Below, in pieces: positions 1 to 10,312 of a stretch of DNA of 60,938 bases. Each line of letters starts with the position of its first letter. Position 1 is the stretch's first letter. Source of the DNA: a virus (lineage: Duplodnaviria > Caudoviricetes); the IMG/VR virus record IMGVR_UViG_3300020362_000267, positions 1-60,938 of that record; one strand, given 5' to 3'. A program made the translations under genes and the position numbers. The notes beneath the pieces were generated by a model. The model saw only the letters and a program-made list of their open reading frames with translations. It was not told where the DNA came from and searched no databases.

Positions 1-9
1 TTCAGCAGG
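1..9 (+). repeat. 9-nt terminal direct repeat TTCAGCAGG (other copy 60930-60938), probably an assembly circularisation overlap
   Basis: Identical first and last 9 nt, lying inside a coding frame. Confidence 0.85.
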
Positions 10-918
10 CATCATTGCCATTGCGGCAACTTCATCCTGATTGGTTAGGCCCACAGGAATAGTTTGTGCTAAAGGTCCAATTTCCCTGCTTGGGTCTATT
101 GACCCCATTGCAGGTCTGCTTGCAACCGGGGCTTGAGCTGGTTGCTGGTTACCAGAGGCTAAACCTTGCAACCGTTCAATCATGCTTGATCCTTTATTGG
201 CAATAGACTCAATTGTGTCACCTAAATTCAAGCCACCTATTAGTTGTTCAGCAAGGCTTTGGTTCTCTCGTGCCCTCATTTCATCAGTGACTTTACTTGA
301 AAGATAAGGATCTTCTGTGCCTATTCCACTTAAAAAAGACCCTGCGAAAGGAACAGATCCAATACCTGCTCTGACTAATTGCTCACCCGGACCCATTTCA
401 CGAGTGACCATTTCGACAGGACCTTGGTATGTGCCTCTACCCGCGCGGTCAATGCCTCCACTTCTAATTCTGCCATCAGCAGTAATGTCAGGATTTCTAT
501 AAAGATCATACTGTCTTTGTCTAAATCGAGCTGCACTAGTGCCCGGTCTTCTATTATGAAGACGATCTAGGTCACGAAACTGCTGGCTGTAATCTACGCC
601 TTTGCCGCCCAGTGACCGACTAAACTTATCTAAAAATGCTGCAAAACCTGATGGTCTTCTTCCAAAGGGATTTCTATCGGTAATACCGTAAGTTTTTTCA
701 AACTGAGCTTTTGTCAAGCCAGCTCCTGGACGAGCAATAAATCTGTTGTTATCGTCGCCGTCGCCCCCGCCGCCACCATAAACTTGGTCAGAAGTATATC
801 CCAATTGAGATGCAGCAGTGCCTCTACCCGGTCCGCCCGTAGAAACGTAAGTACTTTCCCCTGTTGCGGGGTTTACACCACCGACATCAAACGGATCGTA
901 TTCGTCTTGCATTGCCAT
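1..918 (-). CDS. 5' part of an origin-spanning putative internal virion protein (joins 60929-60327; about 506 aa if the overlap is counted once); missed by the ORF track
   Basis: ATG at 918 lies 1 nt after the lysozyme stop. I checked the frame by hand and it is open to position 1 (MAMQDEYDPFDVGG...AMAMMPAE). It continues in frame as GMPAESDSRLS at the right end. Confidence 0.85.
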   Translation of the reverse strand, partial: MAMQDEYDPFDVGGVNPATGESTYVSTGGPGRGTAASQLGYTSDQVYGGGGGDGDDNNRFIARPGAGLTKAQFEKTYGITDRNPFGRRPSGFAAFLDKFSRSLGGKGVDYSQQFRDLDRLHNRRPGTSAARFRQRQYDLYRNPDITADGRIRSGGIDRAGRGTYQGPVEMVTREMGPGEQLVRAGIGSVPFAGSFLSGIGTEDPYLSSKVTDEMRARENQSLAEQLIGGLNLGDTIESIANKGSSMIERLQGLASGNQQPAQAPVASRPAMGSIDPSREIGPLAQTIPVGLTNQDEVAAMAMMPAE

Positions 919-919
919 C

Positions 920-1438
920 TTATGCTTCCCTCATTTCAAGCGCAGCTTCTAGGGTTTCTTCGTTGCGACGCAGCCAACCTTTACCAAAGGTATCAAAGGT
1001 TTTTAAAGAGCGATAGTAGTCCGCACGATTTTTTGCCAGTGCATTTAGAAGAATAACAGTGTCTGTGTCCTTAATACGAGCCATTGTCTTTGGTCCGATA
1101 ACACCGTCCTCTTTGGCCCCAACCAAGGACTGTAACACACGGGCGGGGCGTCCTGGTCCGCTGTTCACGGCCCAATCAAAAGTGGCTAGGTCTAACCCTG
1201 TGTCAAGCTCATCCGCCATGACACGGTCCCAATAATTCTTTTTATAGATTTCCTGCACATGCTCTTCAGGAATGTTTTTCAGTTCATCTACATCTTCTAA
1301 AGGACGACCCAAAAACTCTGCATAAGTTTTGTGTGTTATGCCCTTGTTGGTTGCGCCACCGGGATCTTCAGGATGATCGACAAATCCTCCTTCGTGGTGA
1401 AGTATCAAGCTTAAACTGTAAAAGAAGTTTGCTTCCAT
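920..1438 (-). CDS. Glycoside hydrolase family 108 lysozyme with peptidoglycan-binding region (endolysin)
   Basis: HEGGFVDHPEDPGGATNKGIT catalytic motif, FDWAVNSG, DGVIGPKT and a C-terminal FGKGWLRR. Confidence 0.92.
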   Translation of the reverse strand: MEANFFYSLSLILHHEGGFVDHPEDPGGATNKGITHKTYAEFLGRPLEDVDELKNIPEEHVQEIYKKNYWDRVMADELDTGLDLATFDWAVNSGPGRPARVLQSLVGAKEDGVIGPKTMARIKDTDTVILLNALAKNRADYYRSLKTFDTFGKGWLRRNEETLEAALEMREA

Positions 1439-4400
1439 TAGGCTCGCCTTGCAGCTAACAAGCTTGTTATTCCATCACCAGGAAAAGCTGCAGCCATTTG
1501 AGTTCTTAGATTAGGATTAGCAGGTGCCTGCGCCAGAATACCCGTTGAAGGGGTTCGAACAGGCATCGGCGCAGGCGTAGGCACCCTGGGAGGAGGGGGT
1601 GCCATGCTTACAGGTCCAAGCGGTTGCCCGGAAGTTGCGGGCGTGTCATCTATTCTTGGACGCATGATTTTTGCGGCGTCACCCCTAAGGGGGTCAGGTC
1701 TGTCAAAATATTCCTGTGTCTCTGCAGGTATATCAGATTCAGGTAATGTTAAACCTGCCCCTATTAAATAAGTTCGAGCAATGCCTGCTAACCTTTGCGC
1801 TTCTTCCTGTTTTTTTGCTTTTGTCAAAAGCAATGTCATAAAGTCTTTATCTAAAACAGCTTTTTCAAGCATTTTTATCTGCATGTTTGCAGGCACGTCC
1901 CCAAAAAGCTTTTGAGCCATTCTTGCACCAATGCCTGCTTCAACGAGACCCTGTGGTCTCAAACCGGGCATTTTTTGTGCTGCGGTAGAAACAACAGAAG
2001 AACCTAAAATTCTGACTAAGCCAGACATAAGAAAATTCATTTCCTCTGCTAACTTCCCAGCAGCTTTTCCGCCAGCATCTGCAACTTGTACATTTTTACC
2101 TGCTTCAAAAATATACCGCAGACGATCCATTTCTGCTCTTGTAAACACGCCCTCGTCCACAAGCATATCAGAAAATGGAATACGATCCGCTAGACTTTTT
2201 GCATCCTTTGCAGAACGAACAGCGGCTAAATTTTGACCTGCACTAATTGGGGCACTGCCTTTTAAAGGTTTGAAAAGAGTTTCAAGCATGACGCTAAAGT
2301 TTTTATCATCACCGCCTCTAGCAAAGATTGTCGAAATGATAGAACTTTTTAATCCTTCCATTGCATCTAATTTTGCTCTTTCAAACTGATTTGCAGAACG
2401 AGCAGCTCCGCTTGGTGTTAACCTTGTTACCCCTTTTAAATTTTCAGGATCTCCCGCGACTACTGATTGAGTAGAAGGAAATACATCAAGATCGCCCATG
2501 TACTTAGCGTCTTTAATCTGACTTACTAACTGGCGAAGCTGTTCTCTTGGGTTTTCAGCGTCCAAAAGTTTTGATATTGCAAGCTCTGGGTTTTCTCCAC
2601 GCAACAAAGTGCCTAAAGCCGTTTGTTGTTTTACAACTTCGGAAACTAAGTTTTGATTTGCCTGAGTCTCTGCAAGTTTTCTTGCGACTTCAAAACTTTG
2701 CCCATCTTGTAATTCAGCTCGAAGATTTGGGAATAACCGCAGTAATTCTTGATTATCAGGTGACTCTAAAAACTCTGCAGCCCGTCTTGGGTCAATGCTT
2801 AAAAACCCATCCTCGTCTGCGACCATGACTTTTCGTGCTATTAAACGTGCAGCGTTTTCAGAAGCAGAAAAAAGACTATCCGCAGGAACAGGCTCAAAGC
2901 TTCTAGTTATGTCAGGAACAACAGAGGTTGGTGCAATTACCTCCTGTGGGGCGTCTAAATTGCCAGGTCGAGGCACCCGCAATTCTTCTGCAACATTTAA
3001 ATCATCCAACATTCTTTGCACAACAGTGCCAGAATTGATTATTTCTTTAAGCTTTACAGTAGCAGGCCCAACTCCCCCACGCAAAATCTCATCAAACAGT
3101 AGGTCTGCATGATATGCACCACCTCCTGCGGTATCCGTTACAAGCGGGGAGCCGCCAAATGTTCTTATAATTGCTTTTTGTCTACCGCTTGAAAAAGCTT
3201 TAGCTGCGGCATACGCTTGCGCGGCTGCATTCGATGGGTCAATTGCTTCAATCGCTTCATCCATTTGCTGGTCAATTGCGCCAATTAATTCTCCAAGTCC
3301 TGCGGCTAGTTCATTATTAGGCACCCCACCTTGAGACGGGTCTCCTGCCGCAGCAGCCGCAGCAGCTCGTCGAACCGTGCTACGCATCTTTTTTAAATCG
3401 TTGAAGGTGTAATCAATTTCTGGTTTTTGAAAAAATGCAGACTCTGGGTCTAACTTTTCAAGTTGAAGCTCAATTTTAACTGTTTTTTCAAGGTCAGCTA
3501 TCTGCCTTTTTGAAGCGGCAATTGCAGCTTTTGCATTGGTAACTGCTTCTGTAGGAGCAAAAGCACCCCCTGCAGCTTCTCTCAACTCTGCGTCGGACAT
3601 TCTCATGACCTCAGAAAGTTGGCCTTTTCTTGCTTCAATCAAAAGCAACATGTTTTCAGCTTGTGACTTGGTGTCATCATAAATGAAGTCAGGCGCAAAA
3701 CCTTGCCCCTTACCTATACCAGACAAATTATCTAAAGCGTCATCCCCAGGACGAGGTGCATTCAAAAAGCGTTGCCTGTTAACTTCAGGTATTACGTTTT
3801 GACCCGCTCTATTTTTTCCAAAAGCAAGTTCAACTATGGTATCATAGGTGCCTCTAACATCTTCAGGCAATGCATCTAAGGCTGCTCGTGCCTTTATAAG
3901 CTCCTCTGATTCACCTAATCCAAAATTTATACCATATTCGCTTTGTAGTTTGCCAAGCTCAGCTCTTACATTCGACGGCATTTCTGTGCCAGGAGACAAA
4001 TATTTTTGGCGTATAAAAGGTAAAGCATTTGCAATGAAATCAACATTGTCTACAGGGATGCCCGCCCCATCAATTTGTTGATAAAGGACCTGTTCCTGCC
4101 GTCTAGCGTTATTATTTACTTGTTCTAATAATGTAAACAATCTACGGCTGACTACCGCGCTGTTTTCTGCGCCCCTTTGTAGTCTATCAACTGGGCCTGC
4201 TGCCCGTTCTTGAGCTCGTATTAACTGCAACTCATATTTCATTGCCTGAAATTCGCTGGCGATGGTGGCTGCTGTTTTTAAATCTTCTTGTGAACCAGAA
4301 GCCCGCAAACCTTGAACAAGGCGAGCAACAAAATCTTCTCCCTCTGCAACTCGCTTATCAATTTCATCTGGGAAAGAAGAATCAGGGTCCAACTTAGCAG

Positions 4401-5697
4401 TAGCTGCAGATACATCTCTTTGCAGCCTTCCTAAAATAGGAGAACCTGTTACGGCAGCGGGGGTTAAATCTTGTGGATAAAGGCTTTCATCACCAAAGAT
4501 ATCATCTGCAATTTGTCTTAACATTGCAGGGTTTTCTTCAAGGGCGGTTAAAATTTCTTCTACAGTTTCACCATTACTGCGTTCTTCAATAATCCTTTTT
4601 AGTCGTGTGCCTACATTTGTTAGCTGGGCGTCTTCACCCATTCCTGTTGAAACACGTCGTAAAATGGTGGGTGCAAAACGCAATATCAAAGAACTTGGAG
4701 TAAAAGCTCCTATAAAACCGCCCCCTATCTCACCAATAACTTGCGAACTTTTATCCCCAGGGTCAACACTTTCAGCGATCATACCACCTGTGGTCGCGCC
4801 TATACCCATAGCTGTTTCAGAACCGAAAAACTGAAACTTTTGCATAGGCCCTAGCTCGCCCCTCGCGGCTGCACCAGCTTTTTCTAAACCCTTTTCAAGG
4901 GTCCGTGAAGCGCGGAAAGGTATTCGCGCTGTAGCGGCAAGATTACCTTTTGCTTGCAACAAAGCATCATTAACCAACATGCCTGAGAAAGTGTTGTAAG
5001 CTTTTTTCGGTAGTAAATAAGGAGATGAATATATTGCGCTTGCATTGAAACCAGCAATATCGCCGCCAACTTTATAAATCCTTTCTTCAGGACGAACAGG
5101 TCGGCCTTCGAATATACCCGCGCTTTGCCCCTCCCGCGCTATTCTCTCTGCTACAGTATCGCCAAGGACCAGCCCGCCAACAAAACCCGCTAAAGCAGCG
5201 GGTTTTTTCAAACGACCTGGAGCTACTTCAGAAGCAACTTTTGCGCCCGCTACGGCAGGAGCAAGAGTAGCAGCACCTTTAGTAGCACCCTCTAAAAAAA
5301 ATTGTGTAAAGCGAGACAAAGTGCCTTGCATTGGGGCTACATTAGAATATCTATATAAAAATTCTGTAGGGCTTATATCCCCTGCCAAAACTCCCTTATC
5401 GTACTTTTCTGTAGCTGCTTCTGCGCGGGCGTTTATTTCTGCTGGGTCTGTAATACCGTCTTCATTTGCTTTATCCATAGCAATGAATTTAACAAGTGCG
5501 CGGGCTATTTCTTCCGTTCCATACTGATTTCCGCCTGTAGGCGGTTCCATTTGAGCTAACGCATCAAAATTAATGTCATAAAGCTTGTCTGCTTTTGTAA
5601 CATTTACATTTTCGGCAAAGTCCATACCGTATGGCCCCTCAATACGAGGTCCATAGGTATCTAAAACAGATTGATCTACTTGACCGATATCTACCAT
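1438..5697 (-). CDS. Large internal virion/ejection protein (1419 aa)
   Basis: Very long, Ala/Gly-rich and helical, at the distal end of the structural operon, as for podovirus ejection proteins. Confidence 0.6.
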   Translation of the reverse strand: MVDIGQVDQSVLDTYGPRIEGPYGMDFAENVNVTKADKLYDINFDALAQMEPPTGGNQYGTEEIARALVKFIAMDKANEDGITDPAEINARAEAATEKYDKGVLAGDISPTEFLYRYSNVAPMQGTLSRFTQFFLEGATKGAATLAPAVAGAKVASEVAPGRLKKPAALAGFVGGLVLGDTVAERIAREGQSAGIFEGRPVRPEERIYKVGGDIAGFNASAIYSSPYLLPKKAYNTFSGMLVNDALLQAKGNLAATARIPFRASRTLEKGLEKAGAAARGELGPMQKFQFFGSETAMGIGATTGGMIAESVDPGDKSSQVIGEIGGGFIGAFTPSSLILRFAPTILRRVSTGMGEDAQLTNVGTRLKRIIEERSNGETVEEILTALEENPAMLRQIADDIFGDESLYPQDLTPAAVTGSPILGRLQRDVSAATAKLDPDSSFPDEIDKRVAEGEDFVARLVQGLRASGSQEDLKTAATIASEFQAMKYELQLIRAQERAAGPVDRLQRGAENSAVVSRRLFTLLEQVNNNARRQEQVLYQQIDGAGIPVDNVDFIANALPFIRQKYLSPGTEMPSNVRAELGKLQSEYGINFGLGESEELIKARAALDALPEDVRGTYDTIVELAFGKNRAGQNVIPEVNRQRFLNAPRPGDDALDNLSGIGKGQGFAPDFIYDDTKSQAENMLLLIEARKGQLSEVMRMSDAELREAAGGAFAPTEAVTNAKAAIAASKRQIADLEKTVKIELQLEKLDPESAFFQKPEIDYTFNDLKKMRSTVRRAAAAAAAGDPSQGGVPNNELAAGLGELIGAIDQQMDEAIEAIDPSNAAAQAYAAAKAFSSGRQKAIIRTFGGSPLVTDTAGGGAYHADLLFDEILRGGVGPATVKLKEIINSGTVVQRMLDDLNVAEELRVPRPGNLDAPQEVIAPTSVVPDITRSFEPVPADSLFSASENAARLIARKVMVADEDGFLSIDPRRAAEFLESPDNQELLRLFPNLRAELQDGQSFEVARKLAETQANQNLVSEVVKQQTALGTLLRGENPELAISKLLDAENPREQLRQLVSQIKDAKYMGDLDVFPSTQSVVAGDPENLKGVTRLTPSGAARSANQFERAKLDAMEGLKSSIISTIFARGGDDKNFSVMLETLFKPLKGSAPISAGQNLAAVRSAKDAKSLADRIPFSDMLVDEGVFTRAEMDRLRYIFEAGKNVQVADAGGKAAGKLAEEMNFLMSGLVRILGSSVVSTAAQKMPGLRPQGLVEAGIGARMAQKLFGDVPANMQIKMLEKAVLDKDFMTLLLTKAKKQEEAQRLAGIARTYLIGAGLTLPESDIPAETQEYFDRPDPLRGDAAKIMRPRIDDTPATSGQPLGPVSMAPPPPRVPTPAPMPVRTPSTGILAQAPANPNLRTQMAAAFPGDGITSLLAARRA

Positions 5698-8028
5698 TTA
5701 ATTTGTTCCGGTTGTTGTGCTAAAGATAGAATCATAGACATTGTCCGATCCCCTTGTGGGTTCGCCTGTACCAGTTTTACCCATCAACAAGTTTCCAAGA
5801 GTTCTATAAGCCTCTTCTAAGTAATTCATTTCAACGATTTGAGATCTTAACTTTGCCCTCACCTTGGTGTTGCCACTAGTGGGCTCTATTGCGGCTAATT
5901 CTTTCTGCGCGAGTTGACTTTTTAAATTCCATTGATTTGCTGTTCTATATGCTGTGTCAGCGACTTGGCCTGGGGATGCAGTTATACTGTCCACTTTGGG
6001 TAGTGTATCTGTGAAAGCATCAACTTGAGCCTGTGTCTGTCTTCCGGGCAACGCTAAATAAGCTTGTTGAGAATAATTATTTAAAGCGTTTACAGTCGCT
6101 TTAACTTTATATGCATCTTCAAAAATTGCCTTAGATCTTAAGCCTAAAACATTTTGAAGTGGTATAGCAAACGCATCAAAGCTTCTTTTAAGAACGCCTT
6201 TTACTCCAAGATTTGCATCAGAAAAGTCTGTAATTCCGTCTACAATTTCCAGCAATTCTACATCTATAGCTTTGGTCTCTCCAGTTAACAGGCCATAATC
6301 AGGGAATTGTGGGTCGAAGGTCCGTATTTGCTCAATTGCCTGCAATGCAATACGAGGCACCACAGGATTTTCAGAAACAAAATATCCGCCTTCTTGCCCA
6401 GGAGCTGCAAGATTAAATCCTGGCTTAGACATGATAGTGGACATAAGTTGGTCAAATCTGTTCAGTGTTTCTGAATCTTTTGCTCCTTTAACAATCTCTT
6501 CTGCAACACCTGTGAGATCACGGCGAGCAACAGAAACTGTAAGCTTTTCAGCTTTTGTTTCTGTTCTTTTTGGTTCAAATAATCCGGTGCCCTTTTCAAC
6601 ATCCTGTAGTATTTCGGATTCAGTTCGGAGCACATTTTTATTGTCTGCAGTGCTAAATACTTCTTTTAATTTGTTTGAAGTATCAGGTTTCTTTGGCCCA
6701 TATCTTTCTGGCTCTTTGTTATAATCTGCCTCTGAAACCAATTCATTTTGTCCGGTTTCGTTGTCAAAATAAACTGATGGCTTTGTCGGTTTATCTGGCT
6801 TTGGAACTAAATTCCCGCCACTCTTCTCAATTTCAGAGTCTGTGGCAAATTCCATTTCCTTTGTTGTTTTATTAAAGACTGCTTTCTTTGCCTTACTGTC
6901 TTCACTTAAATTATAAAGCTCAGGTTTGGCATTATAATCTGCTTGGGGTATGCGGACTTTAACCCCATCAGATTTGCGGAAAGCATCAACATATTCAGTT
7001 GCTGCGAGATTATAATCACCGGGCTTAGCATTGTATTCAGATAAAGGTATTCTTACTTTTACCCCTGGGTTGTCCTTTTTAAATACATCAATAGTTTTAG
7101 GGGCGGATAAATCATATAAATCTTGACTTGCGTTATAATCAGCGCGAGGAATACTTACTTTGACCCCATCAGACTTTCTAAACGCCTCAACATATTTTAT
7201 TTCGGGTTTACCTGTCTGTAAGACTGTTCCATCACCCTTAATATATGTTTTTTTCGGGTCCATTTCCGTAATTTTTTGGGCCGCTGTATACTGATCGCCT
7301 GCCATGTCCAGAGCAGCGGCTTTAGCAGCAGCTTCACGCTTGTTTTTTAACTCTCTTACTGAAGCACCAGAGGTAGCCAGTAGCGGACCAATGGGCATCA
7401 AAGCCTCTGCAATGGGAACACCTTGTGCTATCTGCAATCCTGCAGGTGCTAAGCCGCCTAACAGAAGGTTAGCCAACGCCTGTTTCCTGTCTGCCTCTTC
7501 ATCCCCACCGTAAATCTGACGAGCTAACTCTAAGTTTTTATTATAAAAATCCATCATGCTAGATGGAGAGGATGAGCCAGTTTTTTTGCCGCCGCCTGCC
7601 ATGCCCTGCTGTATTGCGTTCATCAAAGGCTGCGTTATTGTCCGGGCTTGACCCCCGTTACTAAACTTTTGCACAATGCCTTGTGTCATCTCCTTGGTCA
7701 CAGGAGTGTTCATAGCCCGTTGCGCGACCTGACCAATGCCTTGGTCAACAGGGGCCTGTGCCTCACGCATCTGCATTACAGGCTGTACTAGCGTAACTAC
7801 AGATTCAGGTGTCCTGTTGGCATCCTTCATGCCCACAATGCCGCCAAGCTCCTGCCTGCGCTCCTTCATGGTGCGCTCGTCACCGCGCATCGCGTTCATC
7901 AATTCTACAGGGTCCTTTGCTGCAGCAATGCCGCCCATTGCGTCAGACATGACTTTTTCGCCAGCCTTTTTCATCAGCACTTCTGTGGGCCGTGAACCGC
8001 GAAACATGTTTCTGTCATAAACAGACAT
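5698..8028 (-). CDS. Putative internal virion/ejection protein with internal tandem repeats
   Basis: Position among ejection genes, repeated ~32-aa units (VEAFRKSDGVKVSIPRADYNA) and a KFSNGG motif. Confidence 0.55.
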   Translation of the reverse strand: MSVYDRNMFRGSRPTEVLMKKAGEKVMSDAMGGIAAAKDPVELMNAMRGDERTMKERRQELGGIVGMKDANRTPESVVTLVQPVMQMREAQAPVDQGIGQVAQRAMNTPVTKEMTQGIVQKFSNGGQARTITQPLMNAIQQGMAGGGKKTGSSSPSSMMDFYNKNLELARQIYGGDEEADRKQALANLLLGGLAPAGLQIAQGVPIAEALMPIGPLLATSGASVRELKNKREAAAKAAALDMAGDQYTAAQKITEMDPKKTYIKGDGTVLQTGKPEIKYVEAFRKSDGVKVSIPRADYNASQDLYDLSAPKTIDVFKKDNPGVKVRIPLSEYNAKPGDYNLAATEYVDAFRKSDGVKVRIPQADYNAKPELYNLSEDSKAKKAVFNKTTKEMEFATDSEIEKSGGNLVPKPDKPTKPSVYFDNETGQNELVSEADYNKEPERYGPKKPDTSNKLKEVFSTADNKNVLRTESEILQDVEKGTGLFEPKRTETKAEKLTVSVARRDLTGVAEEIVKGAKDSETLNRFDQLMSTIMSKPGFNLAAPGQEGGYFVSENPVVPRIALQAIEQIRTFDPQFPDYGLLTGETKAIDVELLEIVDGITDFSDANLGVKGVLKRSFDAFAIPLQNVLGLRSKAIFEDAYKVKATVNALNNYSQQAYLALPGRQTQAQVDAFTDTLPKVDSITASPGQVADTAYRTANQWNLKSQLAQKELAAIEPTSGNTKVRAKLRSQIVEMNYLEEAYRTLGNLLMGKTGTGEPTRGSDNVYDSIFSTTTGTN

Positions 8029-8852
8029 TATCCAAATAACCCTAACTGTTGAGCACCTGACGCGGCAGACAATCCTGCAATGCCGTAACCAAACAATTCT
8101 TGCATTGGGCTGGGCGCATTAGGAGCAGTGCCCTCTGTAAAGGTCATCGCGCTACTTGGCGCACCTTGATAGATGTCAGATAGGAACCCAATTCGTTGGT
8201 AAGGTTCAAGCATTTGTTGTGTTTGGGTTTGACGCAAAGTATCAAGTTCAGCTTGTTTTTGTGCCTGTTCTCTTGCACCTAAATCAAATTGGAAGCCGAT
8301 GCCACTTTGGTCTGCGCCTTGTTGGACTTGTCCTAAACTTGCAATGCCAGTAGCCGCCTGACCCAAACGATTCAAAGCATCGTTATACCCTTGTGAACGC
8401 AACCTCGCCCCTAAGTCTCCCGCATCTCTTGCAGCCTCTGCCGCAAGAACACCTTGTAATAATGCACCACGAGCCCCGCCATAAGCCCCTTGGCCCATTG
8501 CGGCGTCTTCAAACTGTTTTGACTGTTGTCTTGCTTGGTCAAAAATATCTTGTTGAGACCGTTCAATCACCTCCCCAATGTAAGGGTCCATAGCCGCCTG
8601 TATCGCCGCAGGGTCTGCGCCAACGGTGGCTGCAAGGTAATCTCTAGCTAAATCAAAGTCGGCTGTCGGATCGAACATAGTGTCGCCCCGCAGCAGAGCT
8701 TCTTTTTGCAACTCAGTTAGCCCAGCAATTTCGTAATCGGGTAGATCTAATTGAATATCAGCTAATTCTTTAGCTGAGTCCATCAACCCAAGTTTACGAG
8801 CCTCTATCTCTGGGGCTTCCTTTGTTATTTGCCTTATTTCTTGTGAAGACAT
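8028..8852 (-). CDS. Putative ejection/pilot protein
   Basis: Gln/Ala-rich helical protein with GAYGGARG and a Gly-rich hydrophobic C-terminus; translationally coupled to its neighbours. Confidence 0.55.
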   Translation of the reverse strand: MSSQEIRQITKEAPEIEARKLGLMDSAKELADIQLDLPDYEIAGLTELQKEALLRGDTMFDPTADFDLARDYLAATVGADPAAIQAAMDPYIGEVIERSQQDIFDQARQQSKQFEDAAMGQGAYGGARGALLQGVLAAEAARDAGDLGARLRSQGYNDALNRLGQAATGIASLGQVQQGADQSGIGFQFDLGAREQAQKQAELDTLRQTQTQQMLEPYQRIGFLSDIYQGAPSSAMTFTEGTAPNAPSPMQELFGYGIAGLSAASGAQQLGLFG

Positions 8853-10312
8853 TATGCTCTAGCCTCTAAATTACGCATTAAACCATACATATTATCTATG
8901 CCTTTATCTATACTCCCTCCGCCCGCAGCTTTTACAGCATCACGGGTCATTACAAACTCACCGTCCATCAACATAGCAGGCACGTCATCTTTTGTGCCAG
9001 AACCTTCTCCCGGCCCTATGCCCCCTGTCCGACGAGGAAAGAAATCAACTTCGCCGCCATCTTTGAAATTCATCATTGGCATGAAGGGGCGTCCTGCTGC
9101 CATAGCTCCAAGGCCCTTGAAAAGAGGCTGAGGGGCCGGGTCTCCATGTGTCGATGGCATATTTCTATCCAACTGGCCTTCCATAGGCCGACCAAACTGA
9201 TCCACTCCCTGCCCTGTTTCCATTGGCATATACTGTGGAGTTGGAAAACCAAGAGAAGCCATGTCCCCCAAAGAAAGTTGAGGGGTCTGCGAGGAAGGTA
9301 TTGCCCTATCAAGAATTGGGAGAGAAGACATACCCCCCATTATTCCGCCACCACTAGACCCAGTGGTCATATTACGCAAACCGTCCGCCATTTGCCTGCT
9401 TTGGTTAGATAAATCCATCAAACCTCCAACTACGCCTCCTTGAGCATACTTTGCGGCAAGCTTGGGAGAAATCTTTTGTTGTACTTTCTCAGGAAGTTTG
9501 GAGAACCCTTTGTATTTATTAGGAACTGAGGTAGGGCCCCCGTCTTCAAAGTTGCGAATGGAGGGTTTGAGAATATCTTCCATCGTAGATCTGTATGCGT
9601 AAGGGTCTAAATTTGCGACTTTAAATTGATCTGAGTCCACTTTTTCAAGAGGGCTCAAACCTTCGTCTTCTTCCTCGTCTTCGCTAAACAACGTCATCGC
9701 ACCTAAACCTAACGCAGCCGGGATTCCGAAACGCTGTACAAGACTTGGGGTAAGTTCTTTTTGCAACTCCGCCATAGCCTGCGTATCAGTAGCCCCTGCA
9801 GCTATTTTATCCGCATAATTTTGCGACGCCCTTATAGCGTCAGCATCAGGGGTTCTTGGCATGAAGAGACTAGTATCTTTCTCTAAAGTCGGTTTAACTA
9901 AACCTAATCCTTCATCAGATGTAGCTGCTTCAAACGCTTGCGCTCTTCCTGCTTCCGTTTGAAGCGGGTCATACTGGAAAGGCTTTTGCGTACCACCAAC
10001 TAAAGTAGAAGCACTTTCACGCAAAGGACGAGAGAATACGCCTCTTGTAGCGTCGAAGTCTGCTCTAAGATTTTCTGCAAAACTTCCCTGTTTGCCCAAG
10101 AAACCAACCTTCAGAGCACCAATGCCCCCGCCAAGAGCGGCTGACTTCAAAGCATCCTTTGCATCACCACCCTGTAACAGGGTGCCAATACCCGCGCCAA
10201 GGGCACCAGATGCAACCGTGCCTAATCCCGGTAGAAAGGCATTTATAGCTACAGGCAATACAATTGGGGCTATGTCCCCAATTACATCTTTGATTTTATC
10301 GAAAAGACCCAT
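8852..10312 (-). CDS. Putative ejection protein with a C-terminal tape-measure-like 'GxGxxDDVPAMLxDGEFV' domain
   Basis: Gly/Ala-rich hydrophobic N-terminus, three xxGG motifs, and GPGEGSGTKDDVPAMLMDGEFVMTRDAV near the C-terminus. Confidence 0.6.
   Translation of the reverse strand: MGLFDKIKDVIGDIAPIVLPVAINAFLPGLGTVASGALGAGIGTLLQGGDAKDALKSAALGGGIGALKVGFLGKQGSFAENLRADFDATRGVFSRPLRESASTLVGGTQKPFQYDPLQTEAGRAQAFEAATSDEGLGLVKPTLEKDTSLFMPRTPDADAIRASQNYADKIAAGATDTQAMAELQKELTPSLVQRFGIPAALGLGAMTLFSEDEEEDEGLSPLEKVDSDQFKVANLDPYAYRSTMEDILKPSIRNFEDGGPTSVPNKYKGFSKLPEKVQQKISPKLAAKYAQGGVVGGLMDLSNQSRQMADGLRNMTTGSSGGGIMGGMSSLPILDRAIPSSQTPQLSLGDMASLGFPTPQYMPMETGQGVDQFGRPMEGQLDRNMPSTHGDPAPQPLFKGLGAMAAGRPFMPMMNFKDGGEVDFFPRRTGGIGPGEGSGTKDDVPAMLMDGEFVMTRDAVKAAGGGSIDKGIDNMYGLMRNLEARA

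Noticed and set aside
1..9. 9-nt end repeat as a biological terminal repeat or att site
   Set aside because: It lies inside an open reading frame, is very short, and no integrase is present; an assembly overlap is the simpler explanation.
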